From IMG/VR virus record IMGVR_UViG_2595698868_000001, positions 32,001-96,000 of that record: DNA of 64,000 nt; one strand, given 5' to 3'. How positions within the stretch are numbered: position 1 is the stretch's first letter; every line of letters begins with the position of its first letter. Under the pieces are notes generated by a model. It was not told the DNA's origin. It saw only the letters and a list, made by a program, of their open reading frames with translations, and made no database searches. Below are positions 19,801-28,898 of this stretch, piece by piece. Both the position numbers and the translations under genes were made by a program. The DNA comes from a virus (Duplodnaviria; Caudoviricetes).

Positions 19801-22800
19801 GGCGGCTCGTCGCGCATCTACATCGACGATGTCCTTATGTTTGTCGCCGGCGCCGGCGGCGGTGTGGGCGCGGGGTCGACGACCACTACTCCGGGGGGCG
19901 GCGGTGGTACGACGGGCGGCAACTCGGACGCGCCTTCCGGTCAAAATAATGGCGGTCTGCAATACATCGGGGGTCGTAACTCTAACCGCACGACGGATAC
20001 GACCTCGGCCGGCGGCCTTTTCAAGGGTGGACACGGATACATCACCGGGGGCTCCATTACGGTCAGTGCCACTACGTCTGGCGCCGGCGGTGGTGGTGGC
20101 CTCTTCGGTGGTTCGGGGTCGGGCGGCTCATCGAGCTACATTGGGGGTGCCGGCGGCTCGGGCTTCATCGCAGACGGTTACGGCGTCACGCCGGCCGATC
20201 CGTATCGACCTTATGTCGGGCTCCAGTGGAGTTTCGAATCGGGCTCGTTTATCGATGACGGGCGCACGACCGAAGTCACCTTGCTCGACACCGCGCCCAC
20301 GTTGACGACGACGGGGCCGAAGTACGGCACCGCGTGCGCAAACATCAATAACGGTCACGTGACCGCCAATATCCCGGTGATCGGCACCCAGGACTTTACC
20401 CTGGAGGGTTGGTTTAATCCGACGACGCTGGCGACCGGGGTCATGATGATCATCGGCAACAACAGCATCAACGGGCTGTCGTTGCACTATTATCCCTCGG
20501 CGACGGTCCTGGCCCTGCGCTACAACAACACGGCCGGCGACGGTTCGGCTGACTATAAGTACACCGACACGAATCGCGCTGCCGGTGTGTGGGCGCACTA
20601 TGCCGTCACCCGTGACGCCAACGGGACGCGCGTCTACAAGGACGGTAAGCTCGTCACTAATGTGACCGGCGTCGCGGTCACCAACATCACCGCCACGACC
20701 CTGACCCTCGGCAACTACAATGCCGGCACGGGCGCTTCTACGCGATTCACTGGCAAGATCGATGAAGTTCGTTTGACGGTTGGCGTTTCCCGCTACAAGC
20801 AGAACTTCAACCCTCAGCCGTTCCAGAACAAGTTCTCTCAAATCCCTGCGGTGACTACGCTCACGCAAGGCTCGAACGGCGCGACGGGCCAGCCCGCAGG
20901 TACCGCCGTGTCTGGTTATCTGTCTGGACGAGGCGTCGGCGCTCAAACCACCCAATCCTTGGCCAGTGGCGTCAACGGCGGCGACGGGCAGATCAACTAC
21001 TTCCTTCAGACCTCGACTGTGGCGGCGACGGGGTCGATCGGCACGATTACGATGTCGGCGCCGGATGCTGTGGCAGGTGCCTTTTACCCGCTGACCGCGC
21101 CCGGCACCAAGATCGTTGAGAACTACTCGGGGCAGCGCGTCAACTATCAGGCGACCGCAGCCGGGACCACGCGCGTACTCGTCGAGATGTGGGGCGCAGG
21201 CGGCGGCGGCGTTTCCAGCAACAACACGAACGGTGGTGGCGGAGGTGGTTATACCTCCTACGAGGTCGACCTTAATCAAGGCGACATCATCAGCGTCCAG
21301 GCTGCTTCGGGCGGTCAGGGCGGCAATTCCGCCAACACCGTCGCGGCCATCAATGCGGGAGGTTACCCCGATGGCGGGGCCGGCTGGGCTCCTGCGTTCA
21401 CCGCTTTCAATGGCGGCGCCGGTGGCGGCTCTCGCCTTTACGTGCGCGCTGTCCTCGCGGCCGTCGCGGGCGGCGGCGGTGGCGGCGCCTATGGTTCGGT
21501 CGGCTATCAGTATTTTGGCGGCCCTGGCGGCGGGACCTCTGGTGGCAATAGCGACGCCACGGGCGGGGGTACGCAGACCGCTGGTGGCGGTAGCTCGGGT
21601 AACGGGCTTCCGGGCAGCTTCCTTCAGGGCGGCGCGGGCGGCACTACGCAGCGTATCGCCGGCAATGGCCCTGGCGGCGGTGGTGGCTACTATGGTGGTG
21701 GCGCGGGCGGCGCCAACACGGGCGGCGGCGGCGGCTCCGGCTACGTCAACACGGCTATTGCCGGATTCCGCGCAGGCTCGACGCAGGCTGGTTCCGGCTT
21801 CCAGGCCGCTGGGCAATCGTCTCCGAATTACGTAGCGGGTATTGGTCGTGGCACGACCGGCCAAGGCCCGCAAATCGGTGGCAACGGCCTTATCGTCATC
21901 ACGAATATCACGCCGACGCCGGCGGCGACGTCTGGCGACCTCGGACCGGACATCACCACCACGCCGATTACGTCGTTTGGTCTCCAGATCGGCCTGCCGG
22001 TCTCCAAGCCGAATGCGACGGTGACGATCGAGCCTCCGGTTGGCTATTACGGCTTCCCCGGCTTCCCGACGATGCAGCCGTTTGATCATGCGATCAATCT
22101 GCTGCCGGTCGAATCCAACCCGACCAGCAACGCGCTGGTCATCGTGCCGATCAACGACAGCCAGTCGATCCATCTGTCGCCGCCCTTGAACGCACCTCTG
22201 GTGGTTCCGGCGGAAGGTACGGGCGAATTGCCTACGGTGACGGTGACCGCGCCGGATGGCTCGGTGCCCAACAGTGCGACCGGCGACCTGGGCACGGCGA
22301 TCACGCTGACGCCGGTCGAGGCGACCACCGACGTTGTCCCGCCGGTCGAGACCTCGGGCGATGTCGGCACGATCACGATCGAACCGCTTCTGGGCGACGG
22401 ATCGATCAACTACAACGGATATGCGGGCGGCAACGTCGGTACTGTCACGCTGACGCCGCCTAATGGGTCGGCCGATCCCGGCAGCCCCCACGTCATCGAA
22501 GACATGCCGCCGGCTATCGTGGTCTCGCCGCCTGCGGCCTCGCTGACGATTCCGGCGACGACGTCTGGCGGCCTGGGGCCGGCGGTCGTATTGACTCCGG
22601 CGGAAGCCTTCACGGGCATCGAGGGCAACCCGCTGGCCGTCTTGCCCGAAATTCAGGTGGTCGGTCCCCTCGTGTCGGTCAACACGAGCACGGGTGACGA
22701 TGTCCAGGTCTTCGCTGATCCTGGTCAGATTTTCGTTCGTCCTCCGCTTGGAGATGGCCTCGAAATCACGGAGGCCAACTATGTCGACGGCTTGTCGTCG

Positions 22801-25092
22801 CCGCTGGTTCTGACGTTCAGCGCACCGGAAGGCTCTGCACGCGGCGATGTCCAGGGCAGCGATTTCCTGCCGACCATTTGGACGTCGGCAGTGGATTCGT
22901 TTGTCCAGGTAGAAGGCACGGTAGTCGGCTACACGGGCGACTTCATCATTCTGACGTCGCCGCCGCTGCCGGTCTACGACTCAGCCGCCAATCTGTCGGT
23001 CGCGATGCCGTCGGCGATCGTCATCAACGGCGCTGATGGCGATCCGTCCTTCGATATCACGCTGCCGTTGCCCGGCCCGATCTCGCTGACCAGCCTGGAG
23101 GGTGTGGCTCAGGGCGGCTACGGCGCGCAACTGCCACCTCCGATCCTGATCACGCCTCCGGAACCGGCGATCTTCGGCAACGCATCCGGCTCGCCCGGCA
23201 CTGTCCAGGTCACCCCGCCGGTCTCGTTTGTTGAGACGCCCGCATTCGCTTCGGGCGGCTTGCCGACCGTGACGCTGTCTCCTCCTTTGGGCAATGCCCT
23301 GGGCGGTGTGGCTGCGGGCACCTCTGGTAGTCTGCCGACGATCGCGATCGTCGCGCCCGAAGGTGGGAACGTCGCTGAAGCTGCCGTCAATGCCAACCTG
23401 ACGACCGTCTTCCTGAATGCTCCGGTTCCGCTGCCGCAGGCTAGCGTGGCGATCTCCGGCCCGAGCAACACGATCAACGTCTTGACGCCGGCGGGTTCGG
23501 CGCGCGTCTCTACGTCTACGTCTGGCGATGTTGGCGTTATTACGATCGTCACGCCTGAGGGCATCGGCTACCTCTATGAAGAGGGCTTTGCGTCAGGTTC
23601 GGTGGGCACTGTTACCGTGACGCCGCCGGCGCCAGCCGTTACGGCTGCGGCCAATAAGTCTGCGGCCCTGCCGACTGTCGTGGTCACGCCGCCTGATGCG
23701 TTGCCGATCGTTCCTGGCGAACCTGTCGTGAGCATCGGCACGGTGGTTGTGACCCCGCCCGAGGGCATGGGCTTCCCGGACACTGTCACGGGTACCGGCG
23801 ACATCGGTACGGTCGTTCTGACTTCGCCGGCCGGTACGGGCATGGTGCCCGCCCTGGTCACGGGTCCCATGGCGGCGGCGATTGCCGTCTCGCCGCCGGC
23901 TATCACGCGTGTGAACGTTTCGGGCGACATCGGCTTGATCACGGTCACGCCGCCTTCGCCGGCGCAAGTCTCGGGCGAAGTCAATCTGTCGCGTCCGATC
24001 AATCTGACGATCAGCCTGACGGCGCCAGACGGCCTGGGCTACCCGGTCATTCCCGGCGACGCGTCGGGCGGCCTGGGACCGGCAATCACGATCACCGCCA
24101 GCGACGGTACGGCGCAGGGCGAGTACAACATGATCGTCCCGCTGTCGACGATCCCGGTTAGTGCGCCCGAAGCACTGGCTCAAGGCGATGCACTGGCTGT
24201 GCAGCAGGGCGAATTGCCTGTCGTGATCAGTCCGCCGGCGGGCGAATACTATCGTGAAGCCTCGGTCATCCTGGGGTTGCCTACGATCTACATCTTCGCG
24301 CCTAACGCGACGGTTGATGCCGATGACAAGACTGCGGCGGTGACGCCGGAACTGCCTGTCATCTACATCGAGGGCGTGGACGGGTACGCCGAGGTGCCGG
24401 TCGTGGATGGCACGGCGCGCATTCAGTTCCTCCGCTCGATGACTCCCGGCGCTGTCCCCGCGTCGCTGGAAGCGCGTGAAATCGCGTTCAATGAAATCGA
24501 CGGCATCATGTACTCCCGCGACGGCTCTGGCGTTCTGCGCCCGACGCCGTGGGGTACGCTGCGCCGCGAAAGCATCCCGGCCTCCATCGGGACGGTCGGT
24601 CAAACCTATCGCGCCGATGGATCGTGGGCAGCGCCGCAGCCGGTTTACGACGCCTTTGTTCAGGGTGTGCCGGCTTCGGGTGTTCGCGTCGCGTTGGGCG
24701 AAACCTTCGTGGGCCAATCGACGCGCACGCCGACTTCGGGAACGCCTTACTACAGCCCGTTCTTCGTGCCTCGCACCGTGTCCATTTCCAGTTTGGCAGT
24801 CGACATCCAGTCGGCCGACATGGGCGTCGCTCAGGTCGCGATCTGGACTATGGATACGGACCGAGTCCTGGGTCAAGCCTTGGTCTCGGCAACCGTCCCG
24901 ACCACCGCCTCGGGTGTGCAGTCGGCAGCGTCGACGTCGGTTGTGTTGCAGCCGGGCTGGTATGCTGCCTCCTTGACCTACCTTGGCCTGGGCGCACCTG
25001 TTTTCCGCGTCATGGAAGGCCCCGCCCAGATCGCTACCGATTTCACGACCCAACAGGGAACGCCGGCCTACGTGCTGGCGAACCTCCAATGA
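16840..25092 (+). CDS. giant glycine-rich virion protein with LamG/ConA-like domain and Pro/Thr-rich stalk
   Basis: repeated WGxGGxGG / GGWPDGG / VAGGGGG modules; DFTLEGW..WAHYAVTR..GKIDEVR LamG motif; repeats of G.lgtitvtpP. Confidence 0.85.
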   Translation: MANLDLNTPVSVAYSGGVETYVATSAGQVTVHMWGGAGAGGYYSGGSGNTDRRGGAGGYATVRFFVKPGDILSTEVGQGGQVATGSGATVTSGGNGGWPDGGFGGKSSSNTGIGFGGGGGSTRLYKNGELVAVAGGGGGATGFYYGGNGGGVSGWASTDASSGGGGTQTAGGATGTGVTGMAGSYFQGGLGAAVQATAAPTAGAGGGGGYYGGGSNGGASGAHGSGGGGSGYINSNGQYNGALKAGQNNTGIPYDVSGVRGSGIAEGGTGPTAANSWNLITPGGNGQLYMTLADPSATATTFPTSGTTTLSYTGSRLVYVATQLMSVDFEMWGGGGSGGFYTSGGNSGVKGGAGGYTKLTRIFYPGDIVEIEVAQGGQAPTSPGGLNIGGVGGWPNGGDGGRPTTTTNNMGGGGGSSNIFVNGRLLAVAAGGGGSTGFYNGGNGGGRYGLADAATTNSGNGGTWALVGTGLNRAYLLLGGHGSPNETRDVAISTAGAGGGGGYWGGGGARGGANTHGAGGGGCGYHSGDNTYNRDMQIGVAQSGNPYSTAARPAGVGQGGVSGTTAGTTTNGGDGAIVFTVTPITPTTLPTDKTALSFTGAPVHYIADSYGAMSVKAWAAGGGGGTKATGTAPRGGGGGFAQIPTVKIKPGDIITCVVGEGGRGQPSGTLGGRGGYPNGEGGNAADATGGSGGGGGSSHVYLNGELILVAGGGGGGSISFGGASGGQPSYAPSSNSFETHGSSLNLAGWAPQRALEGNNRATFMLGGMGQIDGNLTIDTPNSLCGGGGGGGYYGGAGSVPLNSRFYGGGAGTTYIHPSYVGSAIVATVSGSNTTDADWVSGISVAGQGSNTVGSSTLIGGNGRIVIDFDIPATLNESATTAVPVQSNVQTYMVGSDGDLVLNAWGGGGGGSTVPSGGGGERGGGGGYAAGTVTVKKGQIIKFYNGRGGGGATYTSGTATAMVGSGGLGGWPDGGNGGLNTSCISGGGGGSSRIYIDDVLMFVAGAGGGVGAGSTTTTPGGGGGTTGGNSDAPSGQNNGGLQYIGGRNSNRTTDTTSAGGLFKGGHGYITGGSITVSATTSGAGGGGGLFGGSGSGGSSSYIGGAGGSGFIADGYGVTPADPYRPYVGLQWSFESGSFIDDGRTTEVTLLDTAPTLTTTGPKYGTACANINNGHVTANIPVIGTQDFTLEGWFNPTTLATGVMMIIGNNSINGLSLHYYPSATVLALRYNNTAGDGSADYKYTDTNRAAGVWAHYAVTRDANGTRVYKDGKLVTNVTGVAVTNITATTLTLGNYNAGTGASTRFTGKIDEVRLTVGVSRYKQNFNPQPFQNKFSQIPAVTTLTQGSNGATGQPAGTAVSGYLSGRGVGAQTTQSLASGVNGGDGQINYFLQTSTVAATGSIGTITMSAPDAVAGAFYPLTAPGTKIVENYSGQRVNYQATAAGTTRVLVEMWGAGGGGVSSNNTNGGGGGGYTSYEVDLNQGDIISVQAASGGQGGNSANTVAAINAGGYPDGGAGWAPAFTAFNGGAGGGSRLYVRAVLAAVAGGGGGGAYGSVGYQYFGGPGGGTSGGNSDATGGGTQTAGGGSSGNGLPGSFLQGGAGGTTQRIAGNGPGGGGGYYGGGAGGANTGGGGGSGYVNTAIAGFRAGSTQAGSGFQAAGQSSPNYVAGIGRGTTGQGPQIGGNGLIVITNITPTPAATSGDLGPDITTTPITSFGLQIGLPVSKPNATVTIEPPVGYYGFPGFPTMQPFDHAINLLPVESNPTSNALVIVPINDSQSIHLSPPLNAPLVVPAEGTGELPTVTVTAPDGSVPNSATGDLGTAITLTPVEATTDVVPPVETSGDVGTITIEPLLGDGSINYNGYAGGNVGTVTLTPPNGSADPGSPHVIEDMPPAIVVSPPAASLTIPATTSGGLGPAVVLTPAEAFTGIEGNPLAVLPEIQVVGPLVSVNTSTGDDVQVFADPGQIFVRPPLGDGLEITEANYVDGLSSPLVLTFSAPEGSARGDVQGSDFLPTIWTSAVDSFVQVEGTVVGYTGDFIILTSPPLPVYDSAANLSVAMPSAIVINGADGDPSFDITLPLPGPISLTSLEGVAQGGYGAQLPPPILITPPEPAIFGNASGSPGTVQVTPPVSFVETPAFASGGLPTVTLSPPLGNALGGVAAGTSGSLPTIAIVAPEGGNVAEAAVNANLTTVFLNAPVPLPQASVAISGPSNTINVLTPAGSARVSTSTSGDVGVITIVTPEGIGYLYEEGFASGSVGTVTVTPPAPAVTAAANKSAALPTVVVTPPDALPIVPGEPVVSIGTVVVTPPEGMGFPDTVTGTGDIGTVVLTSPAGTGMVPALVTGPMAAAIAVSPPAITRVNVSGDIGLITVTPPSPAQVSGEVNLSRPINLTISLTAPDGLGYPVIPGDASGGLGPAITITASDGTAQGEYNMIVPLSTIPVSAPEALAQGDALAVQQGELPVVISPPAGEYYREASVILGLPTIYIFAPNATVDADDKTAAVTPELPVIYIEGVDGYAEVPVVDGTARIQFLRSMTPGAVPASLEAREIAFNEIDGIMYSRDGSGVLRPTPWGTLRRESIPASIGTVGQTYRADGSWAAPQPVYDAFVQGVPASGVRVALGETFVGQSTRTPTSGTPYYSPFFVPRTVSISSLAVDIQSADMGVAQVAIWTMDTDRVLGQALVSATVPTTASGVQSAASTSVVLQPGWYAASLTYLGLGAPVFRVMEGPAQIATDFTTQQGTPAYVLANLQ

Positions 25093-25766
25093 CCGACGTA
25101 ACCACGCCCAACACCATCTTCGCCAAGGCTCTGAAGATTAACGGAGGCGCAGGCGCGCCGACGTCCCTGGAGGATGGCGAACTCTACATCGACGAGGTGG
25201 CGCGCAAGCTCTATGTCAAGACCGCTTCCGGCTTGAATGCAACGCCGCTGGACGTGATGGGCTATCCCTCTACGATCGGGGTCGACGCTGAGTACGTGTT
25301 GGTCAAGTCCGATACGGGTTCGGAATGGCGCGAACTGAGCGCCGGCGGCGGCGGTTTCGAGCCGGACGCCGAGCCTTGGCATATCCCAGGGCTTGCTCCC
25401 GCTTCGATGGGTAGCCTGACGTTTCCGGCCGCGTCGGGCCAGACGAGCCTCATGCGCTTGGGTAAGGCAGGCTTGTTGGTCGGCACGCGCGTACGAGCGA
25501 CGTTCGGGACTGGTTCGCTCACTATGACGATTTATGAGTACGATGGATCGTTGGGCGCCCAGGTCTACACGCACACCTACGCGATCGCCGGGGCCGGCGT
25601 CTACACGTTCGCGCCCAACTTCCCCTTCGATGCCGGCGAATACGCCATCGTCTTCACCTGCCTGTCCTCGATCATTGTGGAGGTGGTCCAAGGCTATACG
25701 GTCTGGAGCGACGCTCTTCAGGCCCATCCTGTTTCGCTTCAGGTGAACTATGTCAATTCAGAATAA
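25089..25766 (+). CDS. virion protein
   Basis: ATGA coupling; APTSLEDGELYID motif shared with flanking genes. Confidence 0.7.
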   Translation: MTDVTTPNTIFAKALKINGGAGAPTSLEDGELYIDEVARKLYVKTASGLNATPLDVMGYPSTIGVDAEYVLVKSDTGSEWRELSAGGGGFEPDAEPWHIPGLAPASMGSLTFPAASGQTSLMRLGKAGLLVGTRVRATFGTGSLTMTIYEYDGSLGAQVYTHTYAIAGAGVYTFAPNFPFDAGEYAIVFTCLSSIIVEVVQGYTVWSDALQAHPVSLQVNYVNSE

Positions 25767-26517
25767 GCACTCGGACACCGAGAACTCGCTGCCGAACCTT
25801 GTGCTGGGGCAGATCGCCGTCAACACCCATGACGAGGTGCTGTGGGTGCGTTCTGGTGGTCGACGTACGCCAATCCACTTGCCTTCGGTCCAACGAGCCA
25901 TGCCTTATGATGGGCAATCTGGCGCCCCACTCGTTTCGACGGGCAGCGGCTCGCAATGGGACCCACAACTGGCCCCTGTCGCGGTTGTGGATGATGCGAT
26001 CAAGGTTGACCTGCCGCCGGCGGCCGGCTTCATGGGCGTGCCCGGTGTCCAGATCAGTGGCCTTGGACCGGACCGAACCTTGCCCGTAAATTCCGTGCAG
26101 ATCGAGCCGTTTCAGGTTCGATCGGATCAGATCACGGTGACGTCCATGGCTTTCGCCGTGCGTACGGCCGGCGCAGGCGCGGTTCGTATGGGGATTTTCG
26201 ACGCGGACGACAATCGTCTCTTGAATCAGCTTTTCAGCACGCCCGCTCAAGGCGTTAACTCATTCAACTTCAACTTGGTCCTGCCCCGAGGGCACTATCG
26301 TGCTCAACTGTGGAATGCCACCGCCACGGACTTTGCGGTGGCAACCGGCATCCAGACGGATCAAGGCTGGCGGGTGGTTGGTTCGGATTTGCAGTTCGTG
26401 CGCAGCAGCGAAGGCTCCGTCAACCAGAGTAGCGGCTTGGTGCCGATCGCCGGCACGCCGCGTTTGTCCCTGGTGCCCGGCGTCGACAAGACGATGCTGA
26501 TGCGCTGGCATCTCTAA
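25750..26517 (+). CDS. virion protein
   Basis: LPNLVLGQIAVNTHDEVLW motif, same N-terminal module as the previous two genes. Confidence 0.7.
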   Translation: MSIQNKHSDTENSLPNLVLGQIAVNTHDEVLWVRSGGRRTPIHLPSVQRAMPYDGQSGAPLVSTGSGSQWDPQLAPVAVVDDAIKVDLPPAAGFMGVPGVQISGLGPDRTLPVNSVQIEPFQVRSDQITVTSMAFAVRTAGAGAVRMGIFDADDNRLLNQLFSTPAQGVNSFNFNLVLPRGHYRAQLWNATATDFAVATGIQTDQGWRVVGSDLQFVRSSEGSVNQSSGLVPIAGTPRLSLVPGVDKTMLMRWHL

Positions 26518-26522
26518 ACGAA

Positions 26523-26561
26523 AAACGCCGCCCCATGCGTGATCCTAGGGCGGCGTTTCTT
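26523..26561 (+). terminator. intrinsic terminator
   Basis: AAACGCCGCCCC...GGGGCGGCGTTTCTT. Confidence 0.7.
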
Positions 26562-26756
26562 CCGATTTGGGCTCCCTGTACGGCCGAGAACCTCGCCTGA
26601 GTTAATCACACCGTTGGCGCGTCCTTTCCTTCGTCTGTTGCGTTGATGTCGCCGATTGGTCGACGATCAAGACGTAGCCAGTGGGGCGCCGTCTGTCAAC
26701 TCTTGGCGCGCCGGTTTTCTTGACACTGTAGGTTGCTTCGGCTACCCTTCACGATC

Positions 26757-27038
26757 ATGTCTACTGAACGAGTCTATTCGCCGGATAACGAGCCGTTCGA
26801 CGTCACGCCGAACCGCGCCGCGTACCTGCGTCTGGAACGTGGTTGGACCAAGACTCCCTTCGAGCGCGTCGCTGTGCCTGAAGTGACCCCCGCGCCGGTG
26901 TTCGACGCGGATGCGGAAATCGAAATCGAACCCATCGCCGCGCCGGCTCCCGCGCGCGGGCGAGGTCGTCGGCGCCGGGCTGTAGAAGCCGTGCCGGCAG
27001 ACGTGATCGCTGATCACGACGAAAGCTGGCGTAGCTAG
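26757..27038 (+). CDS. small protein with RGRGRRRR motif
   Basis: MSTERVYSPDNEPFDV; architecture resembles 9961..10467. Confidence 0.65.
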   Translation: MSTERVYSPDNEPFDVTPNRAAYLRLERGWTKTPFERVAVPEVTPAPVFDADAEIEIEPIAAPAPARGRGRRRRAVEAVPADVIADHDESWRS

Positions 27039-27169
27039 TTCTACCGCGCTCGGCGCGCACCCTCACATCAAACCTGATCGTGTCGACGGTACCCTTGTGT
27101 CGTCTTTGGCTCAAGTATTCGTACTTCTGAGAGCGGAACTTTATTGCTTGTCGCACAGTAATAAGCCCT

Positions 27170-27220
27170 TGAAAATAAATAGAAAAAGATATTGACCGCA
27201 CACTTCGCAGTGTGTATAAG
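27170..27220 (+). promoter_or_regulatory. strong sigma70 promoter for tRNA Trp/Gly/Gly
   Basis: AT-rich UP element, TTGACC-17-TATAAG; spacer holds palindrome CACACT-TCGC-AGTGTG. Confidence 0.7.
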
Positions 27221-27239
27221 GTCTTCATCGAAAGTGAAT

Positions 27240-27325
27240 ACGGGAATTCCAGAGCGGTCAAATGGGCTGGTCTCCAAAACCAGCGGCGCAAGCCTTCGGG
27301 GGTTCGAATCCCTCTTCCCGTGCCA
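27240..27325 (+). tRNA. tRNA-Trp(CCA) with long variable arm
   Basis: ACGGGAA/TTCCCGT, ctggt-CTCCAAA-accag, V-arm GGCGCAAGCC, GGTTCGAATCC, encoded CCA. Confidence 0.85.
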
Positions 27326-27335
27326 CCTCTAATAC

Positions 27336-27412
27336 GCGTCTATAGTATATTGGTCTGATTACCCTTCGTTGCCAACGAAGAGAGGCGGGTTCGATTCCCG
27401 CTAGACGCTCCA
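27336..27412 (+). tRNA. tRNA-Gly(GCC)
   Basis: cloverleaf, U73, CCA. Confidence 0.9.
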
Positions 27413-27416
27413 ATTC

Positions 27417-27490
27417 GCGTCCGTAGCTCAATGGTAGAGCAATGGGCTTCCACCCCGTGGTCGTGGGTTCGATCCCCACCGGACGCTCCA
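27417..27490 (+). tRNA. tRNA-Gly(TCC)
   Basis: cloverleaf, U73, CCA. Confidence 0.92.
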
Positions 27491-27537
27491 GCTTTTCTTG
27501 CAAGCTGCCAGAAATCCTGTCACCATTCTTTCGTGAA

Positions 27538-27722
27538 CCGGGAAGCCCCTCTGTTCCTCTCTCCGCCCTGGCCGTGCGGATGACGTACATGCGCTCCCGC
27601 CTCTGCTCCCCGCGCCTGTCTTCGGACGGGAAGGCCATATGCCCACAAGGGCGCGCAGGAGTCGTGCGAAGAGGGCGTTGGCGCCGGGCCAGCAGGAGAA
27701 GGCGTTAGGAGCGTCACCCGGC
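27538..27722 (+). ncRNA. candidate ~185-nt rod-shaped ncRNA
   Basis: nested pairings CCGGG/CCCGG, TCTCC/GGAGA, CTGGCC/GGCCAG, CGCGCC/GGCGCG, UUCG loop; promoter-like motif upstream. Confidence 0.4.
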
Positions 27723-27746
27723 ATTTACATCGTTATGGAGCTAGGC

Positions 27747-27941
27747 ATGCACCCCTATTCGCCTCCCACCGATATCGGCCGCACGATCGCCGGCCACGAA
27801 GTCCATCACCTCACCGCTGACTGCCCTCGCAATCACTCGCGCCGCGCCGCCAAGAGGCTACGCCACGCGGCCCGTCAGTACGATCGCCAACTTATTTGTC
27901 AGGAGGTAGCCAATTTTCTTGACGCCTCCCTCGCGGCCTGA
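27747..27941 (+). CDS. small hypothetical protein
   Basis: GGAG SD; ends SLAA. Confidence 0.5.
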   Translation: MHPYSPPTDIGRTIAGHEVHHLTADCPRNHSRRAAKRLRHAARQYDRQLICQEVANFLDASLAA

Positions 27942-27956
27942 TACAAGCGCATCATT

Positions 27957-28022
27957 ATGACGTACCTGATGTCCCTTTACGAACGAGAGGCCCGCCTGGG
28001 CCGAGATACGACCGCCGCTTAA
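27957..28022 (+). CDS. putative leader peptide upstream of tRNA-Glu/Asp (MTYLMSLYEREARLGRDTTAA)
   Basis: ATG just after a TTGACG promoter; stop codon lies in the loop of a long hairpin. Confidence 0.4.
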   Translation: MTYLMSLYEREARLGRDTTAA

Positions 28023-28054
28023 TTGCGGCTTTCGTGTCGATGGCCCTTGCTTAT

Positions 28055-28133
28055 GGGGCCTTCGTCTAAACTGGACTAAGGATAGCCGGCTTTCACCCGG
28101 CAGATGCGGGTTCGAACCCCGTAGGCCCTTCCA
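28055..28133 (+). tRNA. tRNA-Glu(TTC)
   Basis: gccgg-CTTTCAC-ccggc, T-arm, CCA. Confidence 0.88.
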
Positions 28134-28148
28134 AGCCATCCTCACTCA

Positions 28149-28223
28149 GGTGCGTTCGTATATCGGTTAATACACCGGACTGTCGATCCGGGAAGACGGG
28201 TTCGACTCCCGTACGCACCGCCA
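28149..28223 (+). tRNA. tRNA-Asp(GTC)
   Basis: ccgga-CTGTCGA-tccgg, G73, CCA. Confidence 0.92.
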
Positions 28224-28236
28224 AGGTTTCGCTGAA

Positions 28237-28383
28237 ATGCCCCTGCAACAAGGCTCCAGCCAAGCAGTCGTTTCGCATAACATCGCCAAGCTGATCGCCG
28301 AGGGTCACTCTCACGATCAGGCTGTCGCCATCGCGCTCGCTCAGGCAAAGCGCAAGAAGTCGCGTAAGACGCGGCGCAAGTAG
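28237..28383 (+). CDS. small basic phage protein (MPLxxGxS..SxNI..LI.EG...QAVAIA family)
   Basis: MPLQQGSSQAVVSHNIAKLIAEGHSHDQAVAIALAQAKRKKSRKTRRK; below the ORF-track cutoff. Confidence 0.75.
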   Translation: MPLQQGSSQAVVSHNIAKLIAEGHSHDQAVAIALAQAKRKKSRKTRRK

Positions 28384-28501
28384 GATCAAGATGCCCGCCG
28401 GCTAACCTCTCTCCTGATGAACGATTTCCAGGAAGGAGGACCCCAAATGGTCTCTCTGTCAGAGCCTGCCTGCTTCTCTGGATCGTCCAGGAGGAGCCAG
28501 C

Positions 28502-28699
28502 ATGGCCCACAATATCCAGCGCGCGAAGCGCATGCTGTCGCTGTCGAACGCGGCACTTCTTCAGGTCATCGCGGGCAAGACGCTCGCGTCGGCCTCCGCC
28601 CGCTTTGAATTGAAGCGTCGCGGCTACGAAGCCGTCCTCACCAAGAAGGGAGGATGGCACTTGGCCCCCATCACTCCCCACAACGAGCCGGCGCTTTAG
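28502..28699 (+). CDS. hypothetical protein
   Basis: AGGAGGAG SD, 65 aa. Confidence 0.6.
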   Translation: MAHNIQRAKRMLSLSNAALLQVIAGKTLASASARFELKRRGYEAVLTKKGGWHLAPITPHNEPAL

Positions 28700-28898
28700 C
28701 GCCGGCTCTTGAGATCACGCCGCCCCGATGGCGTGACCCCGAGCACGCGCCCGATCGCGTGCGGATCGCGCCTGGAAGCCCCCGCCCAGGCGCAAGCGCG
28801 GTGCCCGTCCACCGCGTCCCCGTTTTGGAGTGGTCAAGCTCCAAACGATTGCGTCCCTTCTTGACTATGTTCGGCGGCCGACATAACGTCGTTCGTAA

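Noticed and set aside
27900-27941. ssrA-tag-like ending ANFLDASLAA suggesting a tmRNA
   Set aside because: It is the C-terminus of an ordinary ORF with an SD; no tmRNA acceptor or T-arm pieces were found around it.
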